From: Paragordius varius
Lineage: Eukaryota > Animalia > Nematomorpha
NCBI GenBank assembly: GCA_964247055.1
Contig: OZ176056.1
Location: 4,154,001-4,218,000, forward strand
Direction: 5' to 3'
DNA: 64,000 nucleotides
A program made the position numbers and the translations under genes. How positions within the stretch are numbered: the first letter of the stretch is position 1; each line of letters starts with the position of its first letter. The notes beneath the pieces are model-generated. The model worked only from the letters and a program-made list of their open reading frames with translations. It was not told where the DNA came from and did not search any database. Of this stretch, positions 35,869 to 49,854 are shown piece by piece.

Positions 35869-38800
35869 CATGCTATCTATATTCATCCAAATAAAATATT
35901 ACCAGATATAGTTTATACAAAAAAGGATATATTATTGGCTTCTAATTATTATTTTTTCGCTTTTTTTTGCTATTCAACAAAAATAGTTCTTATCTCTGTT
36001 GTAATCTTACTAGAAATATATAGTGCAAAAGTGGCATTATATATTTATTAAGCCATTTTGTGTATTTTTATTCAATACTTAATTATTTGTAATGATTTGA
36101 AATCAAGATTAAGCCTCTTTTTTCCATCTCTTTTAGTGTGAAAAAAAACATAGTGAGATTTACGCAATATTAGAATTAAAAAACAAAATAGATTTTTAAC
36201 ATCAATTCGGCTTAATTTATATAACAGTTATATTTAAACATAAGGAAACCTCTTCAAAAAGTTTAACTGCTAAAGGTATCATATATATCAAAAATTTTAT
36301 ATTCCATCAATCATTTAAATATATAAGTTATTAATCTAAATAATGGTTTTAAATAAAATTAGTAATTTTATAATAATAGTGTATTTGAAAAAACCACATT
36401 ACTTTTTTAAAAAACAAATTTTAAAAGTTTAGCAGAAAACCTATATATGTAAAAAACTATATGTCATACATATTATATAACCATTTAACACGCAATAATA
36501 AAATAAATCAATTTCTAGTTTCGAGCGAAAAAAACTCAAAATTTCATAAATACTTCTCGAGGGATTTCTGGAACTGATGTTTGTGATACCAAATATTTTT
36601 GTGGATAAGTTATAAACTCATCGATGGGATTGCATCTAGGATAAGGGTTTGAAGTGCATAGTTTCATTGACCTTATGACAAAAGGGACCATATTTAAGCA
36701 ATATTACATACAAAATTTAAAAAATATATATCTGCATAAATAATAATGATATATTGCCTAAAATATTCTTAGAAAATGTTGAATTTTCAAGCAATATACG
36801 CTAAAATTTTAGAAAATAGTATATAGAAAAAAGATGCTTTCCCCTAAACTTTTGACATTACATTTTCTTTGCTACAAACATTTTCTATTTTTTTGGTAAT
36901 TTTTACCAGACAAAAAATTCTTCCATTTTTTCTTTCATGAGAAAATACAAGCAAACCTGCTTCTCAATGAATTTCGATACGCTGAAATATCGTCCAAATC
37001 TACCGTGGCTGTCAGAACTTCGACCTCTGAAAGGGAAAATTGAGAACCCTGAACCAATATGGCACCATTCATTGCAATACAAGAGCAACCATTGTAATAT
37101 AATCGATCACCATCGCAACCGCGTTGATTCGAATACATATATATCCCACCATTCTTTTCATTTTTACAAAGTAAAAAATTAATGTATAAATATATATGAG
37201 GAAAAAATTATAATTTTTTAAGAGAAATAAGTATAAAAATTATAAATCTGGAATAAAACCTAAGAGTAAAAGATTATTATTCCCTTTTAAAGCAGATAAC
37301 CAAACTTAAACCTTATATGATAGTTTTGATTATCCATTTAAATTAACAATATTCATTAGTTTTTATAAAAATTAAATTTTTGATATTCAAAATGGCATTT
37401 TACATTTTATTACGCCTGTCTTTTTTAATAATTTTACTGTAGTATTACTTTAAATGTAACATTTCGGATAAGGTTAACAATAACATGAGCCTTTCTAAGT
37501 TCAAACAGACTGCCACTCGAATTCGTTATAACTTCAACTCCATCAAGGGACATTTGAACATTGGGACTATAAATTAAATAAATTTAACTAAAAAAATTTA
37601 AAAAAATGATATATAAATAGGAAAATATATAAGGTTCTAAAAAACCCAGGTAAATTGATATAGAATCAAATAGTTTTAAAGATTATGAAATAGTCTATAA
37701 AAATAAACGCAAATATATATTATATATAAAAAAGTACATATCGAAAATTCTATGCACACAAACAGATTTTTACGCTAACCTTTTCATTCCATATATGTGA
37801 TTGTAATAATAATAAACTAACAGTCATTAATTAATATGCTTAAACATAAATATTTTATAATTTAAATTAAAATTAGCGCATATACAAATTTTATATTCAT
37901 TATCTTATATTGGCTGAGTACTGAGTAAAAAAAATTAAATTATTTACACTTCAAATTCACCTTCAAACAATTCAAATTCACTATAAAAGAAATTATGTGT
38001 TTTTTAAAATTAAAAATTACTTATAGTTTTTGTATTTTAAAAAATGAAATTTTGTTTTAAATAAAAAGATATGCCATAAAGATATATTTCATATTGATGA
38101 GGAATTATAGTAGCCCGAAAGTAATTTATTTTTAGGGTTAATTTGAATTGTTTAATGGTGAATTTAAATTTTTGATGGTGAATTGAAATTCAAGCGGGAA
38201 TTATAATTGTTCAGGGTAAATTTGAATTGGCATATTAAAAAAGTTTCATTTAAAAACGTTTTAGGTGATTTTATATGAAAACAATTTTATTAAATATATA
38301 TAAGATGAGAATATTAAAATTTCAAGAATCTTAATAAATTTAACACCTAAGTTAACCAAAAACTTCATCCAGCATTTACAACTGAATAAAAAATATCTTT
38401 ATATATATTTTGGTGAACAAACGAGTATTATGTAACAAATCAGAATCGGAAAATGGCACGCTATACATATAGTTTTAAATTAAAAATTTGCAAAATAATA
38501 TGGGCATACTGTCATAGGGCATATATGTATCAGTCATACAATATTAAGTTTCATCAAGAATGACAAATATTTATAACAATAAAAAAGCATACAAATATTT
38601 AATTTTCTAAATATAAATATTTTTTTACCACAACTTAGTTACAAAAAAAGAAAAAAACCTATCAGACGTCCAAAGTTCCTCACAAATCTCACTACCGAAA
38701 CGGGCATCAAGCGTTTTAATAATTCCATCCCCAATTAGTGTTCGTTTTTGTCCAGTGACTTGCGTAATGATTTCAGGTAAATCATAAGTTTCAACCTTTT

Positions 38801-41114
38801 TGGTTGAATCGCGCGAATAAAAAATAAAAAATATTTGAAATTTTACAAATATAATGATAAAAATGATAAATTTAGTAGAAATATTGATAATAATTATTAA
38901 TGTTTTGATATTTTCAAAATGTAAAATTAATAAACTTTGTAGATATACTTAATTTAATATTTCTAAGTTTCAACCTTTTTGATCGAATTGCGAATGAAAA
39001 AAATTAAAAGTATTTGGAATTTTAAAAAATATAATGATGAAAATGATAAATTTAGTAGGAATATTGATAATTATTAATGAAATTGTAAAAATAATAAACC
39101 TTGTAGAAATACTTGATATTCAATTAATATTTCTAAGTTTCAACCTTTCAAAAGAATGGCAAATAAGAAAACAAAACATTTGTTAAAATAATAAATCTTG
39201 TGGAAATACTTGATATTCATAATTTTACCTTAAAATAAAATATTTAAAATTTGCATATCTCCGAAATATTTGATCACTTTATATTTCTACGCTTATATTT
39301 TTTCCGAATCGCGAAGAAAAATAAAATGATTGGAATTTTATTTAAAAATGCTAAATTTTTTAGATATTCATAATTTTACCTTAAAAAATATTTGTAATTC
39401 TTTAATTGTAAAAAATTTTTATCTCTCTAAAAATATTTGATAGGTATACGTTACAATCTTTTAACATATCGCGTAAAAAAATGTTAAAAAAAAGATTCTA
39501 TATTTTTTTATAATACTTATAAAATTAACCCTTATTCACCAAAAAACTATAATATATTAACATATCTAAGGCTTATAAAAATGATTTAAATATCTATCTA
39601 GCTTAACCTACCAATTAAATATCCAAGTTTTTAATTTTCAAGCGAATCGCGAAAAAATAAAATATTTTGTGGATTTTAATCTTTTAAAATATTTACTAAA
39701 AAATATGCGATATTACCGTTTTTACAGCGTTCCAGGGCGCAAACCAACGCGATTCTCGATAATTTCCATCATTGCACATGTATAGTTTGGCACGAATCAG
39801 CAAAATTTTTCTAGGATATTATGAGAACAAAAATGAATAGAAATTATAACATTATTAATATTAAATACTTTAATACCTGGATTGAAATACCATCTCGAAA
39901 AATTGTCTAAATTCAAATTTAAAACGTGCATTCTATGGCCATTAGGTTAATAAAAATAACGTTTTTAAAAAAATGCAACAAATATTCGCATTTCAAACTT
40001 TTGCGGTCAAATATTGATTATTTAAATCGCCAGTAAACAGGAATTTATAAAAACCTTATAATGAAAAATAAATTTATTTAACTTAAATTTCCGCGTTTGT
40101 TCTTAGATTTTTAATGTCAGTAGTTTCGACAGTCTATGAATTTTTGGCCGTAAATTTTTATAAGTTTATATAATCGGAAGTTAAGTCTGATGTATTAATT
40201 TTAAAATAGATATGAACTACAAGGTATTCCAGATGTTTGTTAAAAAATTCACAAATTTTAATCAAAGATTGTAAATAATGTGTTTAAAGAGGTTATCATT
40301 TCTACAAAAGTAAATTAAGGTAGTATTGTTGAAAAAAAGGTATAAAGTATTACATTATATTACGAATGTTGGGCATAATCTGAAAATTCACTATGTTTTT
40401 AGATATAATTATTTTTAAAATCTCTAGCTTATATTGGGTAGATGAATAATTCTGTTTAAATCAGTGGTGTTCACGAAAAAAAATTTAAGGGCAAAAAATA
40501 TATATCATGTCTCAGGGGCCACGCACCATATAATATCGATAAAAATTTCTCAGTTGTTCAATGGCAGATATGTGCACTCAAATATTTAAATTTATTAAAT
40601 AGGTTAGGGCTATAAAAAGCACTTTCAGGCCTGCATACGGCCCGTGGACCTCAATTATGGTTTAAATATAAATGTAGAATGTATTTTATAAAAAATAAAA
40701 ATACCTATTATAAAATATGACGCGACAATTAAACCCAACATTTTTATACATGACTGGCCTGCATGGGAAATAATTAAATGATAATCATACATTCCGACAT
40801 CACAAATAATATTTTCAGACACGGGATTTTCTAAAATCTTTACCAACATTTGCCAAGAATGTAAGAAGGTATCAGGTTCATAAAAATGATCTTGACATCC
40901 GTAACCACTAAAAAATTTATTTTATAAGCAGATATATACGTAATCTCAAGTTCTGGTCCCAACCTATACATTGCTCCCTTTTCTTTAGCTATCCTAATGC
41001 CTTTAAAAATTGGTTTTTCAAATCAAATCTACTTTCTATGATCCTTGACAGGTTTCCTTCGAAATCCATTGCCCATTGATTTAATGTACAAGTCGCTAAG
41101 GTTATAATTCGCAT
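29634..41114 (-). CDS. NADSYN1: Glutamine-dependent NAD+ synthetase
   Basis: Hand-spliced exons 41033-41114, 40940-41000, 40791-40907, 40705-40758, 39717-39810, 38659-38795, 37449-37566, 36957-37153, 36554-36671, 35345-35645, 34132-34329, 33315-33447, 32623-32860, 32125-32216, 31644-31822, 30801-30952, 30203-30379, 29887-30139, 29634-29812. Motifs: [23 protein letters not shown] (Glu), IRAK (Lys), SEICEELW (Cys) forming the nitrilase-fold glutaminase triad; [11 protein letters not shown] (ATP/PPi loop), [55 protein letters not shown]. Confidence 0.94.
30975..31500. repeat. Two-copy ~285-bp tandem duplication inside a NADSYN1 intron
   Basis: ttagtaatgcgcaatt...catagtatttgctaaaaaaa...tcctaattattgaatcatgttaca...tggtata(ta)gcac occurs at ~30975 and ~31258. 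Confidence 0.85.
32864..32938. repeat. (TA)n microsatellite at a NADSYN1 3' splice site (others at ~10307, 10563, 33563, 35836, 44640, 46568)
   Basis: Uninterrupted TA dinucleotide run directly visible. Confidence 0.95.
34440..34700 (-). repeat. Degenerate duplications of the 3' end and donor site of NADSYN1 exon 35345-35645
   Basis: Real junction ...AATTCGGAAATGTTATCAGAGAAAAATGACG|gtaaacaaggttaacggttttg; copy ...AATCCGGAAAAGTTCCTGGATATAAATGACG|gttagaaaggttaacgctttg at ~34605-34690; a weaker third copy near 34460-34520. Confidence 0.65.
34856..35254. mobile_element. MITE family A, most complete copy, NADSYN1 intron
   Basis: Perfect TIR TATACCATTTACAGTTCAAATTCACCCTT / AAGGGTGAATTTGAACTGTAAATGGTATA, with 4-5 subterminal 19-20 nt repeats per arm (aacaattcaaattcaccctcg). 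Confidence 0.92.
37945..38230. mobile_element. MITE family A copy (degenerate), NADSYN1 intron
   Basis: ttcaaattcaccttcaaacaattcaaattcac... to ...cagggtaaatttgaattgg; family A core. Confidence 0.7.
38786..39250 (-). repeat. ~175-bp tandem repeats spanning the 3' splice site of NADSYN1 exon 38659-38795
   Basis: Real acceptor aaaag|GTTGAAACTTAT (38796); copies aaaag|GTTGAAACTTAG (38975) and gaaag|GTTGAAACTTAG (39145). Confidence 0.8.
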
Positions 41115-41974
41115 GTTAAAAAATCAAGGTTTTCCAAATAAATTTCACATGATAGCCTGCTGATATAAATGTAAAATGATTATACCGCGTCTATTGGGTG
41201 GTACCCAAAAAATAATTTTATATTATGATTCTCAGATTATATTCGCCCCAAAACAATGTTTTAGCAACTTTAACAAAAATAGTAACTATGAAACAAAATC
41301 TATTCAAGTACACAAACAGTTATTAAATTAAACAAATTATTGTAATCATCGACTTTGGTCTTGTTTTTGACTTGAGCAATATTAATAATTATAATTTTTT
41401 AATGGAGCGTTCTATAATTTAAGTCCATTCTTTTAATTGTTTTTCAGAATGCTTTAAATGCCGGGGCAAATTTTTAATTTAAAATTGTATGGGCGCTATA
41501 ACCTTTTCATCCATATTATAAAAAATGAAATTTTTAAGTTTAAGCCACCGATAGAAATTAGAAGATAAAAATATTTATCTAAAATTAATATATTTTTGAT
41601 AATTCTGTGCAGACAAAAAATTTTTTGATGAAATAATATACCCCGATAATATCAAAATTCACAATTTGGTCTTGGCACTTATGATACGAGCGATATATAA
41701 GATATTTTTTTGTGTCAATATTGATATTAGAAAATAGCAAAATACATGCGATCTGAAAATACATAAATGCAAAACAATATATTAAAAATTTTATATTTTA
41801 ATATACGCTCCAAAAAGCTCGAATTCTTAGCACTTTAAAAATGCCTATTTCTGTTTAAATACACGTATATATGCCTATATCAAATAATAAACATTTCAAT
41901 ATATACTAGTTAACATTAGAAAATAATCTGAAAGTATAAAAAAATAATATCCTGATAAAATATATATTTATAGA

Positions 41975-44480
41975 AAACATATTTATCATGGTGTTTGGTT
42001 TTGGCCTTCATTGATATAAGAATATTATCAATTTTGTAACTGCTCTATATCAGAAATGGCAAAGTTAGCCAACATTTTTTTTGATAAAATTTTTTGGTGA
42101 AAGCCAAATACTTCATTCCAAAAAAAATCACTAAAATATATTTAAACATATAAAACAAAATTTTATATTTTGAGATGTGTGCTTTAAAATTACAAATGCT
42201 TTTCTAAAATGTTAGCTTTTTAAACAAATTCAAAATATGCCGAGATTCTGCGATAAATTTTTTAATATTTACTAAATTTATATCAACTAAAAGTATTGCC
42301 AAAATGCAAAAAGTATGTTTTGATGCATAGTTCATACTATTTTGAGGCATGATGGAAACGGTGTAAAACGCTTTTATAAAATAAAATCTTTTCTATATAA
42401 GACGATTTGGTGAAAAATTCTATCGCTGAATGTTGGTGATTTCTTCAAAATGACACATAAACTTAATATTGAAGACGAACGAATATTTTTATTATTCTGA
42501 GGTGATAAAAACGTTAGCATCATTTTTCATGCCTCTAAATAGTAGGAGATGCTTCAAGAAATTTTAAAATTATTTTTATCTATACATGTTTTTAAAAGTT
42601 TTTTTACTTGATATTAAGGATATTTATAATTTTTATCGCGCGCGCCATTTTTATGTCTACTAGAGAAATGTTTAGAAGGGCAAAAAATTTAAGACTTTGG
42701 GCGTCGCTAAAAATCATGTTTTATAATGTTCTGATTTATCGCAGTATATTAAATTTTTTAGTGATATGTTTTGTAATAGGGTATTCAGCTTCACTTAACA
42801 TCCTTTATGTGTGTCAACTGGTATATATCCCAACATGCTTAAAAATTTAAAAACGTTCAAATTTGTCTAAAAACCGATTTATATAGAGATATATCAAAAA
42901 AAGCTTTTTTATGTCATATGTGGCATCTATTTAATATTTTTTGTAATCTTAGGCGTTTCGAATTATATAGGACGTGTTAGATATGTTTTAAATTGTAAAT
43001 TCCTAAATTTGGTTAATAAAACAATTAAAGACTTAGAAAATTGTTATAAAAAATTGTTTAAATGTTTATGAAAAGGACAACAATTAAATTAAATTTGAAG
43101 ACAACCTTGATAATATTCAAATAGTGTACCGCATTTTAGATTTTAAAATTAATCTGAATAAATTTATTTTTATCCTTTTAAGAGGTGTTACAAAAGCTAT
43201 AAATACGACACGGAATTGTAAAATTATCAAAACATTTCTTTTTCAAACTATCCCTTTTTCTTTAGAAATTATTCATTATTGCATTAAGGAAAATTTACTA
43301 TGTATAAATTTATATTAATATCCCTTTTCTTCGTGTTGGCTATACATTCTTATTCTGCCCAGGGTATAGTTTTCATTTTTTAAGTTTCTAATTAAAATTA
43401 TAAACTTTTTTAAACAAGAAAACCATAAAAATCCTTAACCTTTTCATATAGAGTATCCGCCTGATTGTGGTCCAGTATGTGATATATATTGTCCGTATGG
43501 GAACGTGGTGGATGAATTTGGTTGTGAAATTTGTCAATGTAATCCGCCACCTGTGACTCGACGTACCAGACCTACAAGACCTCCTACTCGAAGAACTCGC
43601 AGAACAACGAGACCTACTCGCCGACCACCTACTATCCCTTACAGACCCGTTTATTGAATAATTATTTAATAGAAAAAATAAAAATATTTGAGTGTTATTT
43701 GCAATCACATGTTAAAAAATTTGTTTAATTTTTCAAAGCATATAGGTGTATTTATTTGATTTAATTAATAAATTGATGTGATAATTGTATATTATTTTGT
43801 TGTATTGCTTAGCTAAACTCTTGTAATTACAAGTATAATGTTATCATTAGGAATTATTTTGAGTTCTAATTTTTATTTATATAAAACAATTTTCGATCCC
43901 TTGCTCTATTTTCCATATCATTACAATCAAACATTTTTCGAATCTGGCTCCATTATATTTTCTAATGAGTTGGATATTTCGGTTTATACAACTATTAACC
44001 ACTAATATTTTACATAACTGAAAAATTGTCTGCTATTGTATGCCGTCTTAAATGCCATTTCTGAAAATTTATTTTAATTTATATGTTGTGATTCCCAAAT
44101 AATATTTTGATTGATCAAATATTTTGTAGGAGGAAAATATTAAGAATATAAAACTTTTGAATAAATCATACAAAGCCCTCCTTTACACATAAAAATATAT
44201 AAGTAATTAAAAATATTTAATTTGAGACAACCATTGTCACATTTTTTTTCTTTTTTGCCATATTACAAACTTATATTCGGAATATATATTCCGAATGGAT
44301 AACAAAATTAATTTAAAGTAAAGTATCAGCATTCAGAATATATATTAGTTGTCATCCAATTTTAATTTTATCTTAATTCGTGTGCCAATTTAGGTACATC
44401 GGTGGCGAAAAACCTAAACCAATTTTAAGTCAATTAATATTTTTTTAGGTAGGATCTTTGCCAATCCACTCCTCTCAAAA
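41975..44480 (+). repeat. Segmental duplication unit A (antistasin-like gene plus ~1.3 kb upstream and ~0.8 kb downstream flank)
   Basis: Colinear homology with 49858-53945 and 61975-64000 (e.g. gccgagattctgcgat, tcgctga, aggtattcag, aaagctataaatacgacac, acatcggtggcgaaaaacctaaa). Confidence 0.9.
43300..43657 (+). CDS. Secreted antistasin-domain peptide with Arg/Thr/Pro-rich tail, copy 1 (89 aa)
   Basis: Exons 43300-43363 and 43452-43657: MYKFILISLFFVLAIHSYSAQ-EYPPDCGPVCDIYCPYGNVVDEFGCEICQCNPPPVTRRTRPTRPPTRRTRRTTRPTRRPPTIPYRPVY*. Hydrophobic signal peptide; six-Cys antistasin pattern C-x3-C-x3-CPxG-x3-D-x2-GC-x2-C-x-C. Confidence 0.85.
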
Positions 44481-44636
44481 CTAAATATAAAAATATAAAT
44501 TATTTGTCCAACAATCGGAAATGGTATATGATTTTTAGACTTAATGTTAGTTCTATTTATTTGAGCGAATAGCTATCTAATAAAACATATATTCCATTAA
44601 AATATTTTATTATTTATTATTAAAAACAATGTTAGT

Positions 44637-44674
<38 letters not shown>

Positions 44675-45018
44675 ATTTCCCGTCTAAATAAACTTTTTCC
44701 CAATCAATCGAAACGTTTTCCCAGTCAATCGAAACATTTTCCCAGTCAATAACATTTTCCCAATCAATAAAACGTTTTTCCAGTCAATAAAAACGGTTTT
44801 ATTTTTAATGATAAATATCAAAACAAGTATATAAAAACAACTTTTAACCATTATTAGCATAATATTAGGATATAATTTATAAAAACACAATTATAAATGA
44901 CAATTTTTTCAAGTATATTTCGCACAATCATTAATGACTTATTATTAAAGGTATTTTTGAAATTTGAGTTAAAATATATTTTATCGATGGTTTGCATTAA
45001 TATATGCGGCTAACTTAA

Positions 45019-45514
45019 CACGTTGACGGACAATTGCGGCTATAGCCGTCAAAGCGAAGTTCACAATGTGGCATGACTGTTATAGCCGTCCAAAACGAAA
45101 CGGTCGTTTTTAGACACTACGGCTATAGCAGCACAAATGTGCACTTACTGGCGTATACGTAGAAGCATAGTGTCGTGTTTTGAAAACATCTTTTTAGGTT
45201 GAAGTTCATATTTCACCTGTTATACGAGTTGCAGATTCAGTATGCACGTGGTTGTGAAGGGAGTAGTGCGATCGTGTTTTCTATTGAATTTATAGTTCTT
45301 ATTGATACGTTTAACGATATTTATAATTATTTATATAACTATACTGGTATGTATTTGTTTATTATTCATTTTATACTTTAAAAGGTACTAAATTAATCAA
45401 AATTAAGTTTATTTAAGCAGAAAGAGTAAAACTATACTTCTAACATTCTAAAAATCACAAAAACATATAGTGTCAATTTTCGAACTTCGCTTGTTCCTAC
45501 TATCCGTCAACGTG
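45019..45514. mobile_element. TTAA-flanked non-autonomous element (piggyBac-like), nested in foldback B
   Basis: TTAA at 45015-45018 and 45515-45518; perfect 12-bp TIR CACGTTGACGGA / TCCGTCAACGTG; absent at the equivalent site (~54250) of the second foldback copy. Confidence 0.8.
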
Positions 45515-45629
45515 TTAAAAATTTATAGTTACGGAGGAATTAATAAAATTTATAATTTTTAAAGGTCCTTTAACACTTTATTTTGGATCTTAAACATAAA
45601 TTTTACGCTAATTTTATAATATTTAACAT

Positions 45630-45918
45630 TTGGTTGGGGGCCTAAGGCGGCCTTCTAAGTATCTTTGTGCGGGCCGCAAAAGATCTGGAAAACCATATGC
45701 AAACATATCCCCACAATATCTTAGTATTATTCATATTTCTTACGCAATTATTATAAATGAATCTATTAAATTGGTAATAAATTAAAAAATTGTTATATTG
45801 TGTTTGTATTTTACAGTCTTATAAAATTATGTGAATGCAAGTTTATATTTCGAATGGGAAACCGTGTGCTTTTTGATTTAAAAATGCGGTTCGCGAGGCA
45901 TTTAGTTGGACACCCTTG
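45630..45918. mobile_element. hAT MITE nested in the central cassette of foldback B (inverted paralog at ~54425-54715)
   Basis: Ends TTGGACACCCTTG (same TIR as 11584 and 46505); contains gcgggccgca motif; reverse-complement match at 54.4-54.7 kb. Confidence 0.65.
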
Positions 45919-46504
45919 TTTTAGTCAAATACCCTCTATTAAATATTTTTAAATCAAAAACATTTTTATTAAATAAAATTTCGTTTACATATTTTTTCCG
46001 ACAGTATTTTTATCGCCAAACCGGCCATATTTAAAAACTATGGTGAAGCGTTCCTCAAATATTACTGCGAACCATCGATAAAATAAATATATTATCTTAA
46101 TAACATATCAAATTCCAAAAAATAACTTTAAAAGAATAAGTCATTAATGATTGTGCACTGGATAATTGAAAAAATTGTCATTCAATAATTGTGTTTTTAA
46201 TTAAAAATATCTCCACATATTACGCTGATAATAGTTAAAATTGTTTTTATATTCATTTTTTGATATTTATCATCAAAAATAAAACCGTTTTTATTGATTG
46301 GGAAAATGTTTTTATTGATTGGGAATATGTTTTTATTGACTGGGAAAACGTTTCGATTGACTGGGAAAATGTTTTGATCGACCGGGAAAACGTTTCGATT
46401 AACCGGGAAAACGTTTATTCCTGGGAAATGGTATAGTTAGTCCAAATATTGCATATCATTTCCGAAATTTGGACAATAATTTATACTTCAATTTAGTTTT
46501 AAAG

Positions 46505-46562
46505 CAGGGGTGTCCAATACAAATGGCATGAAGAGCCACCTTTTCGACCTCAAATAAGAGCC

Positions 46563-46631
<69 letters not shown>

Positions 46632-48507
46632 AGACATTGGTAACAAATAAATTTAATATATTTTCAAATCAAAAAGAAAATAAACAGTATAAATATAAAA
46701 ATGCTTCACTAATTAAATTATATCAATGTGTAAAAAAAGGTAAAAATACATGGATATGGTAACCTTATTGCAATTCGATAGTATGACTAGAGTAGACTGT
46801 GGCGAATTTAATCGCCAAAATGTAACCTTATTTATTCGGACCGCGATTTTATCATGAGGTGCGTACATGAAATTATTCTGGAAAATGTTCAGCATTATTT
46901 TTTTTAAATGGCATTCAATTAACATCATTTTTTTACAAAACGTTTTCATATGGTTATTCGCATCAATAATTAAATTATATTGCTTTTACAAAGATTAATT
47001 TAATTGATTTAGTTTTTCGGTAATATCTACAGAAAAGTATATATCTGACAACCAATCTTTATTGGTTAATTTCTCCACCAAATAATTATGCTGCAATAGA
47101 AAAATATTTAGTTCTTTTAAAAAATAATAAAACCTTTTTAGACATTTCCCTCGACTAAGCCACCTTACATTTGAAAAAATATAAGATCTTCATATTCTGA
47201 ATGATTTTCTTTTAATAACTCCTAAACCGCCTATTCAAAGCATGAGATATTATGTAATTAACTACTTTAATTACAACGGTCATAACATTGTCCATTGTCA
47301 AAGCATGTGCGCAGAGATTTTCACGGTGAATCAAGGAATGCATTAATTATATGGTCAATATTAATACCATCGGATTCCATCTTATTTAACAATAATTTCA
47401 CAGTTACCTTGTATTTTCTTATCATAGCTGGGGCACCATCTGCTGTCAAACAAGATAGCGCCCTCATATTTAATTTATTGTCCTCAATACATTTTAAAAT
47501 TGGATGAAACATATCATATTCCTTAGTTGTATTTTTCATCGGAAGTAAGCCTAACATCTGTTATATTAAAAATTAATCTCTCGAATAAAGACTACCAATT
47601 GTGATATGTTGCTTATATCTGTGCTTTTATCAAATGACAAGGAATACGCCACAAAATTTTGAATTCTTTCTTTTAGGGATAGTTGAATTTCTTCTGCGAT
47701 GTCTGTAATTCGTCGACACATAGTATTGCGCGAAAGACTTATACTGGATATTGATTCAACTTTATCAGGCAAAACACATTTTATAATTCCAGGACGCATT
47801 CCTTTACAAACTCACCATCAGAATAAGGAATTATGTTTGGCGAATAAATTGGCTACATATAACTTGTTTTTACTATCGGATAAGGTTGCGTGAAGGAAAT
47901 TGTTGGTGGAGATTATATATTTTTTAAAGATTCTAATTTTATTAATTTCTGTAGTCATATTACTAAAATCCAAATGCATGGTATTAACATGTCTTTTTAA
48001 ATTATATTCGCGAAATCCGTTTGTCTTAAATTTGCAAATAAGGCACTCCGCTTTGTTGAAAATTTGAGTTAATTACCTTTAGATTTATGCATATTGAAAG
48101 CTAAATAAATTTTTTTAAATACCTATTTTGCAAGTAATTTAATGTTTCAATGGACCCAAATTATAATTCCCAGTATTGGAATGAAAGCTAAATAAATTAT
48201 TTTAAAAACTTATTTTTTGCAAGTAATTTAATGCTTTAATTTAATGTGAAAGTTATCATCCTGAAGTTGGAATAACATGTAGGTAAAAATGAGTTTTATA
48301 AATGATTAAATGAATGCGATAGATAAAAAAGAATTTTATCAAAAGTTTCTAAAAATAAATTAAATGTCAAAATAAAAATGCATAATTTACATTAATAATA
48401 AAAAAATTAATTATTTTTTTTAAAATTTTTTTTTTGAAATTTCAAAGAGCCATTCAAAATTTTCAATGAGCCACTAGTGGCTCGCAGTATCCTGTTGGAC
48501 ACCCCTG
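46505..48507 (-). mobile_element. Internally deleted hAT (SPIN/Charlie-type) element with transposase relic
   Basis: Perfect 13-bp TIR CAGGGGTGTCCAA / TTGGACACCCCTG; TSD ttttaaag/tatcaaag; minus-strand fragments CLIC...EYNLKRHV, ISLSRNTMCRRI, YSLSFDKSTDISNISQLVVFIR, LTADGAPAMI. Confidence 0.88.
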
Positions 48508-48514
48508 TATCAAA

Positions 48515-49854
48515 GGTAAAGACGTGACAAAAATTTTAACTTAATTTATATACATCCGTGCCCCAACCACCTACAATTTAAAAATATACAAAGAAACAGA
48601 AAAGTTTCTCCACGATTGCTAACATTTAAAGTTTTTTGGAATTACATTATGAAATGTTACTGCATTAAAAAGAAATGTTATATCTAGAAAAAGAGAAAAT
48701 TCAATAATGCTAACTCATATTAAAATCAATTTATTTAATATTTATAATGTTAATGTAATATAAACATATAATTCGATACACAAATCATTAATAAAATTTG
48801 ATAATTTATAATTAATTATATGCATTCAATATATTTAATATACTATCTTGTATTGTCGCCCTGATATTATTTCGTCTCTAAGACCAATATCACTATCCGT
48901 ATTTTCTTCATCATCACTATTATTATATGGATCAATCGATATCACATCAGCTAAATTAAAATTGTCCTTTAAAAATTTTGCCATGTTATATAAAGCGGCG
49001 CAGCTTACCAATTATATTAATTGCGGTATCATAGTGCAATTTTGGAAACCGGCGTTTAAGTCGACCAAATGCAATGACTATTTCTTTGGCGCGCAATGCA
49101 TTGAATTTAGTTTACATGAGGTTGTTAGGGTTTTTAAATGGTGTTATAAATATATTATAAATTAATTCCTTACCCACTGTCCCTCAATAGTGCGGCATTG
49201 GTATTGGCTAAAAGGATAGTATTATACTTTTGCGGATTATCCGGTTATCGTAAACACTCAAGGTATTTTAACGTTCAGAATTCATTACCGTCACAGGTAA
49301 ATGAATTTGCCAATGTAATTTTTATAATAGGTCACTGTTAAGGATGTATCGACCTTTACCACTAAGGTTTCATGATTCTGATGTTAGTACAGTCTATGGC
49401 ACCTAAACTGTTGGCATCTTCTGATCCTTCTGACAACGTTAATTAGCGTCTTCTAGTTGGAAATGGTCAGATGAAAATCGGATCTTTTATGAGCAATGAC
49501 AATTTTTCCTCCACTTTACTATTTTAGTTACGGTTGATTGTTCTACACCACAATCATTTGCGACCCTACTACCCCGGGTTTACTAATGTGAGGGAGGAAA
49601 ATCTACACACATAATCTGTTAATATCATTAAAGATTTATGAAGTATGTTGCAACTTTATTTTTTGCCCTCCGATTTGTTTCTATTGTTCAAATACATTTT
49701 TTTTAGATAACAACCGGATTGATTTACATAATGAAAGGAAATCTATAATCTAAAAGAATATAGTTGTATTTTCAAAAATAAATTAACCTTAATTTATAGA
49801 CTACAGGATTAACGACAAATGCGTTCAATATAGTTATAATTCTATATTTATACC
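48515..49854 (-). pseudogene. PIF/Harbinger transposase relic, copy 1 (termini approximate)
   Basis: Minus-strand fragments DCGVEQSTVTKIV, LGAIDCTNIRI, SVYDNRI, LRDSG, AFGRLKRRFPKL and SCAALYNM match Harbinger DDE_Tnp_4 motifs (GVSQSTVSRIV, GAIDCTHI, SVHDSRI, LGDSGY, AFGxLKxRF, ACAVLHN). Confidence 0.8.

Larger units (their letters stand above)
44669..46435. mobile_element. Foldback-type element, family B (TATACCATTTCCC termini, ~350-bp inverted arms with 19-20 nt subrepeats), carrying nested inserts
   Basis: Left tataccatttcccgtc... after a (TA)n run; right ...ctgggaaatggtata; repeats aatcgaaacgttttcccagtc in both arms. Confidence 0.85.

Noticed and set aside
43388-43708. Minus-strand 106-aa Ser/Arg-rich ORF
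   Set aside because: Antisense shadow of the antistasin exon 2; the plus strand has the signal peptide, Cys pattern and splice sites conserved in all three copies.
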